Shown: piece by piece, positions 10,195 through 18,643 of the stretch | Numbering within the stretch: position 1 is the stretch's first letter | Layout: every line of letters starts with the position of its first letter | NCBI GenBank assembly: GCA_023457235.1 | Contig: JAEWMK010000222.1 | Coordinates: forward strand, 1-37,848 | DNA length: 37,848 bases | Origin: Bacillota bacterium | GTDB taxonomy: Bacteria > Bacillota > Bacilli > Bacillales > Bacillaceae_J | Direction: 5' to 3' | Position numbers and translations under genes: made by a program | The notes under the pieces: generated by a model | What the model saw: only the letters and a program-made list of their open reading frames with translations | Told to the model about the DNA's origin: nothing | Databases searched by the model: none

Positions 10195-11772
10195 GTGAAA
10201 TGTATGAAGTGTCAAAATGAACTTAATGAAGGTGCGAATTTTTGCTTTAATTGTGGGTCAAAGGTTGAAAAAGAACAAAACTGTCAACAATGCCATACAA
10301 AGATAATGGCAGGAGCAAAATTTTGTTTTAATTGTGGAGAACCGGTTGTACAATCTGTTGAAACAGAAAATGAGATAGATTTTACGATTTTTGATGAATT
10401 AATTAAGGAAGAAAATGCAATAAACTGGTATCGGAAATATTATGAGTATATTGGTGAATTTGTAGACGGATTTGCTCCGGTCATTGATAATATTGAAAAC
10501 CCGCAATATGTTGGATTTGTTTCTATGAATATATCAGAAAAGTTGATAAGTAAAGATCCTGAAAAATCATCTGCTAATCCGCCGAATTACATACTTTTTC
10601 ATTATGATATTAATAATAAACTTAAAGAATTATATGGGGATGAGCGTATTGTCTGGGCAGGTGAATTTCATGAGGGTAAAGCATTGATTGCAAATAAGAA
10701 GGATATTTATACAATTGATTTAACTGGGAATATTCAAGTAGGTGGGTATATTAGGAAGGATATTACACATGAGTTTAGGCCAGAAAAATGTTTTGTAGCA
10801 ATAAATAAAGGTTTGTATAGAAATTCATTTGAGAATGAAAATGATTGTATATTAGATTACAAAGGTAATCTTGTAAGGAATAGATATGAGTTTATTAAAA
10901 GTTTATATTTTGATGACTTTGCTACTTTTGTAAATATTGATAATGGTAAGCTAGGAATGTTAAGGATTTCCAATGGTGAGCAGCTTCTTGATGCAAAATA
11001 TGATGATCTTTATTGTGAGGATCTAATTAATCTTGAAGGAAAAAAACAAAGTGTCATTATTTCAAGGAAAAAGAAAGCAAATGGTGAATTTTACGGATGC
11101 CTGAACCCATATAAGGGTTGGATTTTTAAAACTAAATATCCTTCTATCGAAATTATTAGGGATGATTATAATGGTGGATTGAGTGAAGGGCAACTATTAG
11201 TTTGTTTAAGCACTCAAGAAAACGAGGAGTATAATACAATCTATAACATGGCAGTGTCTGATATAGATGGGAAATTTCTATTTGAGTATACTTCCGATGA
11301 TAGTAGATATGCTGTGATAGATGGAAAAACATGTGTATTTATTAGCAATGATATGGGTGTTGATGTTGTAGTTATTGATCACACAGTTGTATTATCATGT
11401 CCGAATGCCACATCGGTTTCTTGCTTAGGTGAAGGCTATTTTAAAGTTCACAATAAAGTTGGGCAGGTTGGTATTGTTAACAGAAGTGGAAATTTTACTA
11501 TTCCCTATGGGCAGTTTGATAAAATTGATAGTCGGAGAATTTATGATGGGGCAATTAAAGTTTCAAAAAATAAGTTATGGGGCTTCGTAGATTTAAATGG
11601 AAGTACCTTGATACCACTTATGTATAAGAACATTAGAGATGAATATTCACTTGCTGAATGTCCCGAAATAACGGTATATCCAATAGAGGGTGAGTGGTTT
11701 CTTATTAACTATAAAAATGAAACTTTCGGAGAAGTGCCTGCGGAAGAGTATATTAGAATAAATTACAAATAA
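10195..11772 (+). CDS. Double zinc-ribbon protein with degenerate WG repeats
   Basis: CMKC..FCFNCG and CQQC..FCFNCG; WG-like units FVDGFAPV, FHEGKALI, KLWGFVDLNG; RBS GAGGTG with GTG start. Confidence 0.85.
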   Translation: MKCMKCQNELNEGANFCFNCGSKVEKEQNCQQCHTKIMAGAKFCFNCGEPVVQSVETENEIDFTIFDELIKEENAINWYRKYYEYIGEFVDGFAPVIDNIENPQYVGFVSMNISEKLISKDPEKSSANPPNYILFHYDINNKLKELYGDERIVWAGEFHEGKALIANKKDIYTIDLTGNIQVGGYIRKDITHEFRPEKCFVAINKGLYRNSFENENDCILDYKGNLVRNRYEFIKSLYFDDFATFVNIDNGKLGMLRISNGEQLLDAKYDDLYCEDLINLEGKKQSVIISRKKKANGEFYGCLNPYKGWIFKTKYPSIEIIRDDYNGGLSEGQLLVCLSTQENEEYNTIYNMAVSDIDGKFLFEYTSDDSRYAVIDGKTCVFISNDMGVDVVVIDHTVVLSCPNATSVSCLGEGYFKVHNKVGQVGIVNRSGNFTIPYGQFDKIDSRRIYDGAIKVSKNKLWGFVDLNGSTLIPLMYKNIRDEYSLAECPEITVYPIEGEWFLINYKNETFGEVPAEEYIRINYK

Positions 11773-11816
11773 AATGATCTGCTGTTGAAATTAAAAGATA
11801 AAAAGGGGTTATACAT

Positions 11817-12830
11817 ATGCTAATTCCAGTGAAAATTGAAAAAGGACTTAAGGTCAATCAAATGAATATCGAGGACATATCCTTTAAGCAGTTAAATATT
11901 AAGGAAGGGGATATTGAGGAATTCTTAAGAGTTAATATTGGAGAATTATTATCTGATGAAACCCTATTGATTGTCGGGCAACAAGTAAAAAATAGTGAGA
12001 ATGGTCGAAGTGATCTTACTGCAATTGATGGGAATGGTAATCTGGTCTTAATTGAAATAAAAAGAGATATGGAGGACATTAAACAACGGAAAGAACCTTT
12101 CGAATTTCAGGCAATTCGTTATGCTGCCAGTTATGCAAAAATAGATAGTCCTGAAGAACTTGTGGATAAAATATTTGCACCCTATATTGGTAACTATAAA
12201 GAGGAGTTTTCTATTGGTGACTTAACTAATGAAGAAAAGGCTACTAGAATATTAAATGAATTTCTATTCCAAAATAAAATACAAAATACTTTTAACGCAA
12301 AACAAAGGATTATTTTAGTTGCTTCTAAATTTGATAATCAGACATTATCGGCAGTAGCTTGGCTTATTTCCAATGGTGTTGATATTAGTTGCTTTGAAAT
12401 CACTCCCAAAAAAATTGGCGATAACAATTTTTTGGATGTGAATAAGATCCTTCCAACAATTTCAATGGATGATTATTATATTGAAATTAGAGGCAAAAGC
12501 GCATCAAAAAGTAGTAAACAGACAAGTGAATCCGAAAGGAAAACACTCCCAAAAATGGATAAATTGCTTGAATGGGAGGTTATTAAACCAGGTCAAGTAC
12601 TTGAAATTAAAGGTTATGTGGACTCCTCAGCAGTCGTTAAAACTAGCAAATTAGTTGAATACAAAGGAGACGAAATAACATTTAATGAGTGGGGAAAAAG
12701 AGTTACAAAGTGGACGACAATAAATATTTATGAATGGGCAAAAGTAGTGGAAAGTGGCAAAACCTTAAATGAATTAAGAAAAGAAAAAATAGAATTACTT
12801 GAGAAAGAAGATAGTGCATTAGAGGATTAA
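11817..12830 (+). CDS. NucS/EndoMS-like PD-(D/E)xK nuclease fused to a C-terminal RAMA-like domain
   Basis: N-terminus EGDIEEFL..LLIVGQQV..RSDLTAIDGNGNLVLIEIKR..QAIRYA. C-terminus DKLLEWEVIKPG..L..AVV..VEYKG..N.YEW..GKTLNELR matches the RAMA pattern as I recall it. Confidence 0.75.
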   Translation: MLIPVKIEKGLKVNQMNIEDISFKQLNIKEGDIEEFLRVNIGELLSDETLLIVGQQVKNSENGRSDLTAIDGNGNLVLIEIKRDMEDIKQRKEPFEFQAIRYAASYAKIDSPEELVDKIFAPYIGNYKEEFSIGDLTNEEKATRILNEFLFQNKIQNTFNAKQRIILVASKFDNQTLSAVAWLISNGVDISCFEITPKKIGDNNFLDVNKILPTISMDDYYIEIRGKSASKSSKQTSESERKTLPKMDKLLEWEVIKPGQVLEIKGYVDSSAVVKTSKLVEYKGDEITFNEWGKRVTKWTTINIYEWAKVVESGKTLNELRKEKIELLEKEDSALED

Positions 12831-12855
12831 CATATTCATAACGGAAAATATAATG

Positions 12856-12892
12856 AAAAAGCCCCCAAAATCAAAAATTTCGGGGTTTTTTT
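12856..12892 (+). terminator. Intrinsic terminator after the nuclease gene
   Basis: AAAAAGCCCC..GGGGTTTTTTT. Confidence 0.7.
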
Positions 12893-12921
12893 ATGTTCAA
12901 ACATATTGAATAATTCTGGAA

Positions 12922-12973
12922 AAATCGGTTATTTCGGGGATTTTAAATGTTGATTGGATTTATTAATTATAAT
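12922..12973 (+). promoter_or_regulatory. Promoter with shared 17-bp motif (copy 1)
   Basis: AAATCGGTTATTTCGGG (12922-12938), 29 nt, TATAAT (12968-12973). Confidence 0.65.
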
Positions 12974-13013
12974 TGTATTAAAGTTTCTTATTTTAATAAT
13001 AGGAGGGCAATTC

Positions 13014-14033
13014 ATGGATGAGCAAAGAAAGCCGCTTAATGAGGTATTAAGTATGATTCGAACAATGCTTAATTCAAAAAAGAATTCGAAAAAAGGTGTT
13101 ACATTTGCAGATATGTCAGAAGCGATCATAATTGGTAATGATAAATATCTGCGCTTGTTAAAAAAATCACCGGAAAAGGTAGGGCAATTTGGCGGCAGAA
13201 TTAATAATTACATTTATGACTTAAGAGTTCCAGAACAAGACTTTGGAAGTGTAAGAGAAAGAGCTGAAAATTTTGTAAGGGCAATTTACGATTTTCGAAA
13301 ATGGACATTAAGGGATTTTTGTTTAAATGAAAAAAAATATAACTTATACAAGGTCTCCTGTAAACTTTTAGTTGACGGTTTTACTGAAAGAGAAAATGTG
13401 GATGTTGATCAAATGAAATCTATTCAAAACTATATTAAATCTCATAACGAAAATATTGAGCAACAAATTCAAAAATTTAAGGAATTACAAAATAGCAATG
13501 GAAAACCTATGGAATCTTATAACAAGAATGAAAAAAGGAGCGAATTACACATGAAAGCTGTGGCTTTTGATAATAATGAAAATAAGGTAGGTTTTCAATT
13601 GGTGAGTTTTAGAGATTTATTGTTTGATTTATTTGACATTTCCAATACAACAAGCATCTACGAATTTGAAGCGGTTGAAGAAAATCCAGATTTTGACCGT
13701 TTATTAATTGTAGGAAAACAGGAAACCTTTTCGCTAAAGGGCGATGGTATCGAAAGAATTGTTAAGATGGTTGAGTCACCAGTGGAAAGCAAGGTATATT
13801 TAATTCAGACAGGGTCTGATATAGAGTATGAAATTGAAGGGTTTGACAGCATGGAAGATGCAGTTTCAGCCCTCCTTGTACAAATTAATTCCGATTCTGG
13901 TATTTTTCTAGATTATTTAGATCGTACCTATGAAGTTCCGGTGCACAGCCTTGATGGAACTGAGGAGCATAGTAAGTTCCATTTTGATACGGTAACTACT
14001 TTTAGCAAAAAAGTTCAATATTTATTGTCCTAA
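13014..14033 (+). CDS. Hypothetical protein (339 aa)
   Basis: Start moved to ATG 13014 behind AGGAGGG; own promoter and terminator; no recognised domain. Confidence 0.8.
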   Translation: MDEQRKPLNEVLSMIRTMLNSKKNSKKGVTFADMSEAIIIGNDKYLRLLKKSPEKVGQFGGRINNYIYDLRVPEQDFGSVRERAENFVRAIYDFRKWTLRDFCLNEKKYNLYKVSCKLLVDGFTERENVDVDQMKSIQNYIKSHNENIEQQIQKFKELQNSNGKPMESYNKNEKRSELHMKAVAFDNNENKVGFQLVSFRDLLFDLFDISNTTSIYEFEAVEENPDFDRLLIVGKQETFSLKGDGIERIVKMVESPVESKVYLIQTGSDIEYEIEGFDSMEDAVSALLVQINSDSGIFLDYLDRTYEVPVHSLDGTEEHSKFHFDTVTTFSKKVQYLLS

Positions 14034-14039
14034 ATGATT

Positions 14040-14073
14040 AAAGCCCAAGCAAATTAACCTTGCTTGGGCTTTT
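14040..14073 (+). terminator. Intrinsic terminator
   Basis: AAAGCCCAAGCAA / TTGCTTGGGCTTTT. Confidence 0.8.
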
Positions 14074-14099
14074 GCGTTGATTTTTACTTAAAATCGGCT

Positions 14100-14151
14100 A
14101 AATCGGTTATTTCGGGAGTTTTAGTTTTTGAAATGTCATAGCAGCTATAAT
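14100..14151 (+). promoter_or_regulatory. Promoter with shared 17-bp motif (copy 2)
   Basis: AAATCGGTTATTTCGGG (14100-14116), 29 nt, TATAAT (14146-14151). Confidence 0.65.
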
Positions 14152-14204
14152 CAAGATAAGTTATTAATTAAACAATACAAGTTAGTCTTGATGGAGCGTG
14201 AGAT

Positions 14205-14462
14205 ATGAACAAAGTAGTCTGTATTTTCAAAGTCGATGATAATGGTCGTGTTGTTCCAAATCCTCAGCAAATTCAGTTTCTACAAAGTACTTATTCAAAG
14301 GCAGTCCTTGAAATTCTGGGAAGGGCAGACAGTTCCTTGATTTCAATTAATGAAGTAGCAGATTTTTTTGACCTAGATGCCGATGCAGAGTATGAGTGGA
14401 AGTTTATCCCGACCCAGATGGTTGATGATAATATGCTGCTGGCTAGAATCAAATATTCATAA
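14205..14462 (+). CDS. Hypothetical protein (85 aa), first gene of the AAA ATPase unit
   Basis: RBS GGAG; KVDDNGRVV is weakly AbrB-like. Confidence 0.7.
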   Translation: MNKVVCIFKVDDNGRVVPNPQQIQFLQSTYSKAVLEILGRADSSLISINEVADFFDLDADAEYEWKFIPTQMVDDNMLLARIKYS

Positions 14463-14498
14463 TGAAATGAAGATATAGTAATCCGAGGAGGAATAAAA

Positions 14499-16349
14499 AT
14501 GGTTAAGTTAATTAGTGCGAAAAAACTAACAAAACGCCTTCAAAGTGGTGAAATTATGCAGTATATCCCAGTGCCTGAATGGTCATATAAAGAACTTGAA
14601 GAAGATTTAAAGGCTGGGAAGCATTTTAGTGAAATTCTTGCTCTTGATATGGCTGGAGCAAACGGTGTTATTATCAAATGTGATTACCTAGAAGATGGTT
14701 TATTGGCGGCTTCATATATTTACAAAAAATATCAATCAACTAATGAATCTAAGGAATTTGATTCTGGAAATTTGGATGAGGAAGAATGGGATGAATACTC
14801 AGCTGGAGGTGAAGATTTTGACAATGATTGGGAGGAAGAGGATGAGCGAGGAGATGCTGAATCAATCATCTTTGATGATGATTATAATGTTGCACATTTA
14901 CCTATTCTCAATGTGTTTGAATTTTCAGTAGCACTAGTTGATGGCCCACGACCAATTTATGGTGGGTTTAACAACTTTAATACTGTTATGGGTGAGGAGG
15001 GCAAATCAAGAAAGCCTTATTGGTTTAATGGCAATTATCCATTAATTATTTGTTCACAATTCCCCGGTGATCAATTACCGATCGAAGAGATTAAGCGGTC
15101 TGGTCGATTGATAATCTATATTACTGTAGAAAAAGAACAAACAGGATTTTTTGGATCCCCAGGTTTACTGGATCAATCTAATAAAAAGCTTATGTTTGAA
15201 TGTGATTTTGAGTGCGTCCGTGTTGAAGAGCCTTCTAGGGAGTATTATCAGTTGATTTTAGAACAATGTGTAAAAGAAAAGGGGTACAAAATTGCAAAAA
15301 CAGTAGATAAAGGTAATTTAATCGATGAACTGAAAAATTATAGAGGCAACAACTTTGCAAGTAATCTCGATATTGAAATCCTTGTTAATAAAGCAGTAAA
15401 AAAGAAAGATACAACTTCAAAAACTTTATCTAAATCAAACTTCGAAAAGATTTTTATCACGCATGAACGTAATGCGAAAAGAACGAAGGATAGTCAAAAG
15501 AAGGCATTTGAAGAACTTAATATGCTGATTGGACTTGATGATGTAAAAGGACAGTTAAATCGGATTGTTAAGCGCATGATATTTGATAAGGAACGTCGCT
15601 TGAAGGGGTATAAAACAACTGCACCACATGCCTCAGCAGTATTTATGGGAAATCCAGGGACGGCGAAAACGACAACGGCAAGAATCTTTGGCAAGCTGCT
15701 TTGTGAGGCAGGGGTTCTGGAAAATGAAAAATTTGTGGAAGTTAGTCGGAAGGATCTAGTAGGTATGTTTGTCGGCTGGACAGCGCCTACTGTTGCAAAA
15801 GTATTTGAAAGCGCTAGGGGAGGGACATTGTTTATTGATGAAGCATATAGCTTATTGAACGAGGGTAGGTCAGATAGCTTTTCAGATGAGGCCATTGCAG
15901 AAATTATTCGTCAAATGGAGAATAACCCGAATACATTAGTGATCTTTGCTGGCTATACTAATGAAATGCGAAAATTTATAAAAAATGCAAACCCTGGACT
16001 CCGTTCGAGACTTACTAATATAATCGAGTTTAAGGATTATTTAAGCGAAGAGATGTTTGAAATCTTCAATTATTTACTTAATAAGGAGGACTATGTTGTT
16101 AGAAATTTAAAGGAAGCCCAGAATGATGTCAATAAATTGATTAACTGCTTAAGCGGGTTAGAATCAAAAAATTTAGGGAATGGTCGTTTAATGCGTAAAT
16201 TATTTAAAACAGCGATTGGTTTTATGGCAGAGCGGGATGATAATGATATGAGAACCATTCATGCTATTGATATCACAAAAGCGGTTGATGAAATTATTCA
16301 AGCGGAAATGATGACCTCGGGTGAGCAGGTTAATAGAATTGGATTTTGA
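14499..16349 (+). CDS. AAA+ ATPase with a SpoVK/CbbX-like C-terminal domain
   Basis: LIGLDDVK, Walker A GNPGTAKT, DLVGMFVGWT, Walker B LFIDEAY, VIFAGY, NPGLRSR, GNGRLMR, terminal IGF; long N-terminal region with an acidic tract. Confidence 0.92.
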   Translation: MVKLISAKKLTKRLQSGEIMQYIPVPEWSYKELEEDLKAGKHFSEILALDMAGANGVIIKCDYLEDGLLAASYIYKKYQSTNESKEFDSGNLDEEEWDEYSAGGEDFDNDWEEEDERGDAESIIFDDDYNVAHLPILNVFEFSVALVDGPRPIYGGFNNFNTVMGEEGKSRKPYWFNGNYPLIICSQFPGDQLPIEEIKRSGRLIIYITVEKEQTGFFGSPGLLDQSNKKLMFECDFECVRVEEPSREYYQLILEQCVKEKGYKIAKTVDKGNLIDELKNYRGNNFASNLDIEILVNKAVKKKDTTSKTLSKSNFEKIFITHERNAKRTKDSQKKAFEELNMLIGLDDVKGQLNRIVKRMIFDKERRLKGYKTTAPHASAVFMGNPGTAKTTTARIFGKLLCEAGVLENEKFVEVSRKDLVGMFVGWTAPTVAKVFESARGGTLFIDEAYSLLNEGRSDSFSDEAIAEIIRQMENNPNTLVIFAGYTNEMRKFIKNANPGLRSRLTNIIEFKDYLSEEMFEIFNYLLNKEDYVVRNLKEAQNDVNKLINCLSGLESKNLGNGRLMRKLFKTAIGFMAERDDNDMRTIHAIDITKAVDEIIQAEMMTSGEQVNRIGF

Positions 16350-16393
16350 CTATAATTACCTTTCAAAATACTTGGAAAAGGAAGAGTGGAAAC

Positions 16394-17689
16394 ATGGCAC
16401 TTAGAAATGTTAAAGGAACGAATGATTATTTACCTAGAGAGCAGCAAATAAGGAATAAAATTAGGGAGGTGTGCGAGTCGACTTTTCAAACTTATGGATG
16501 CAAACCATTGGAAACACCAATTCTGAACTATTACGATCTACTAGCTTCAAAGTATGGTGGTGGTGCTGAAATTTTGAAGGAGATTTATCGTCTTTCTGAT
16601 CAGGGAGAAAGGGAGCTTGCGCTGCGTTATGATTTAACGATACCATTTGCCAAGGTAATCGGAATGAATCCTGAAATTCGTTTTCCATTTAAGAGGTACG
16701 AAATTGGAAAAGTTTTCAGGGATGGACCAACAAAAAAAGGAAGACTTCGTGAATTTATTCAATGTGATGTAGATATTGTAGGTGTAGAGTCAGTAATTGC
16801 AGAAGCGGAACTCATGGTGATGGTTTTTGACATTTTTAGTAAATTAGGCTTAGAAATTGAGATACAATATAACAACCGAAAACTATTAATGGGTATTTTA
16901 CGGGCAATGGAAATTGAGATAGAGGATATTAACGAGGTAATTCTGTCCCTTGATAAATTGGAGAAAATTGGGGTGGATGGTGTTGTAAAAGAATTAGAAG
17001 AAAAAGGAGTAGGTAATGAAGCAATATATAAAATTCAAAAACTGTTAATCAACGATACAATCAAGGACTTTGATTACTATAACCAAAATTATGGTCATGT
17101 TTCAATAGTTGTTGATGGACTTCAAGAATTGACAGAGTTAACAGCTTTATTAGAAGCAACTGAAATAGCGGAATATTGCAGTTTTAACCCTTTTCTAGCA
17201 AGAGGTTTAAATATTTATACAGGGACAGTTTACGAGGTTTTTCTAAAGGATGGAAGTATTACTTCAAGTATTGGGAGTGGTGGACGTTACGATGATATTA
17301 TTGGTAACTACTTAGGTAATGAAGTGAAGTATCCAACGGTAGGGATTTCAATTGGACTGGATGTAGTGTTCACAACACTAATGGAACGAAATCAAATTGA
17401 ACAATCGTTTGCGGATGTTTTTCTTTATCCTATGGGAACACTAGCCGAATCTATGAAAATTGCAAGAAAGTTACGGTGGAATGGGATACGTGTTGAAATG
17501 GAATTAGCAAATCGAAAGCTTAAAAAGGCCCTTGATTATGCTAATAAGGTACGAATTCCTCATGTATTAATACTTGGTGAAAACGAACTTAAGAATGGGC
17601 GTATTCAATTAAAAGATATGGTGAATGGAACTAGCGAAGATGTATTCTTAAATGAGCTATACGAAATAATGAAGCAACGCCTAAGATGA
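16394..17689 (+). CDS. hisS: Histidine--tRNA ligase paralog (atypical second HisRS)
   Basis: KGTNDY, LRYDLT, motif 2 FRDGPTKKGRLREFIQCDVD, ARGLNIYTG, GGRYD and a C-terminal anticodon-binding domain; start moved to ATG 16394. Confidence 0.88.
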   Translation: MALRNVKGTNDYLPREQQIRNKIREVCESTFQTYGCKPLETPILNYYDLLASKYGGGAEILKEIYRLSDQGERELALRYDLTIPFAKVIGMNPEIRFPFKRYEIGKVFRDGPTKKGRLREFIQCDVDIVGVESVIAEAELMVMVFDIFSKLGLEIEIQYNNRKLLMGILRAMEIEIEDINEVILSLDKLEKIGVDGVVKELEEKGVGNEAIYKIQKLLINDTIKDFDYYNQNYGHVSIVVDGLQELTELTALLEATEIAEYCSFNPFLARGLNIYTGTVYEVFLKDGSITSSIGSGGRYDDIIGNYLGNEVKYPTVGISIGLDVVFTTLMERNQIEQSFADVFLYPMGTLAESMKIARKLRWNGIRVEMELANRKLKKALDYANKVRIPHVLILGENELKNGRIQLKDMVNGTSEDVFLNELYEIMKQRLR

Positions 17690-17690
17690 A

Positions 17691-17817
17691 TGGAACGCTA
17701 GAACCGTCCCCATGTTACACAAATAAAAAACCCTAGAACCATTGATAATATCAAGGTTTCTAGGGTTTTTGTGTACGCTATTTGCAAGTGGAACACTAGA
17801 ACCGTCCCCGTGTTCCA
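17691..17817. repeat. Two direct copies of a 29-bp REP-like hairpin flanking a bidirectional terminator
   Basis: TGGAACGCTAGAACCGTCCCCATGTTACA (17691-17719) and TGGAACACTAGAACCGTCCCCGTGTTCCA (17789-17817). Confidence 0.75.
17726..17770. terminator. Bidirectional terminator between the HisRS paralog and rpsD
   Basis: AAAAACCCTAGAACC..GGTTTCTAGGGTTTTT. Confidence 0.8.
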
Positions 17818-17818
17818 A

Positions 17819-18421
17819 TTAACGAGAGTAGAACTCAACGATAAATGCTTCGTTAACTTCTGCAGGCATTTCAGAACGCTCAGGGAAGCGAGTGTAAGTA
17901 CCTTCAAGCTTTTCAGCGTCAAAAGTTAAGAAGTCAGGTACGAAGTTGTTGATTTCAACAGCTTCTTTAATAATTTCTAAGTTGCGTGATTTTTCACGAA
18001 CAGAGATTGTTTGACCTGGCTTAACACGGTAAGAAGGAATGTCCACGCGTCCACCATCAACAACGATATGTCCATGGTTTACAAGCTGACGAGCTGCACG
18101 ACGAGTGCGAGCAAGTCCTAAACGGTAAACAAGGTTGTCCAAACGAGATTCTAAAAGAATCATGAAGTTTTCACCATGAATACCTTTCATTTTACCAGCA
18201 GCAGTAAATGTGTTACGGAATTGACGCTCATTCATTCCAAACATATGACGAAGCTTTTGCTTCTCTTGTAATTGTAATCCGTATTCTGAAAGTTTTTTAC
18301 GTTGATTAGGTCCATGTTGACCAGGTGCGTAAGGACGCTTTTCTAATTCCTTACCAGTTCCGCTTAATGAGATACCTAAACGACGAGATAATTTCCAAGA
18401 TGGTCCAGTATAACGAGCCAT
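17819..18421 (-). CDS. rpsD: 30S ribosomal protein S4
   Basis: [39 protein letters not shown]. Confidence 0.99.
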   Translation of the reverse strand: MARYTGPSWKLSRRLGISLSGTGKELEKRPYAPGQHGPNQRKKLSEYGLQLQEKQKLRHMFGMNERQFRNTFTAAGKMKGIHGENFMILLESRLDNLVYRLGLARTRRAARQLVNHGHIVVDGGRVDIPSYRVKPGQTISVREKSRNLEIIKEAVEINNFVPDFLTFDAEKLEGTYTRFPERSEMPAEVNEAFIVEFYSR

Positions 18422-18424
18422 AAT

Positions 18425-18608
18425 TTAGCTCCTCCTTGAATGTTTTTATTTTGTAAAATAAAAACACAGACACATGCACTCTATCGATTGCCCATTTTGT
18501 CTTCATGTATCCTCGCTCCAGCAGCCAAGGGTTACTCGATACACCTCCAGTAGAGGAACAAAATGAAACAAAAGCTAGCACACTCAGGCCGCTTTTATTT
18601 TACACACA
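18425..18608 (-). promoter_or_regulatory. rpsD 5' leader (S4 autoregulatory RNA)
   Basis: Long untranslated leader between the promoter and rpsD, with CATTTTGTT..TGTATC..GCTGC..GATACA..ACAAAATG pairing like the Bacillus S4 leader. Confidence 0.7.
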
Positions 18609-18614
18609 AAAATT

Positions 18615-18643
18615 ATTATAATTTTTTTTATGTATAAAGTCAA
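18615..18643 (-). promoter_or_regulatory. SigA promoter of rpsD
   Basis: TTGACT-N17-TATAAT on the minus strand. Confidence 0.85.

Noticed and set aside
16394..17689. HisZ (ATP-phosphoribosyltransferase regulatory subunit)
   Set aside because: It retains the anticodon-binding domain and has no adjacent hisG.
2990..17817. Prophage or ICE with att sites
   Set aside because: No integrase, relaxase or virion genes, and I see no direct repeat shared by the two borders.
18351..18581. 76-aa ORF upstream of and overlapping rpsD
   Set aside because: It coincides with the structured S4 leader and is out of frame with rpsD.
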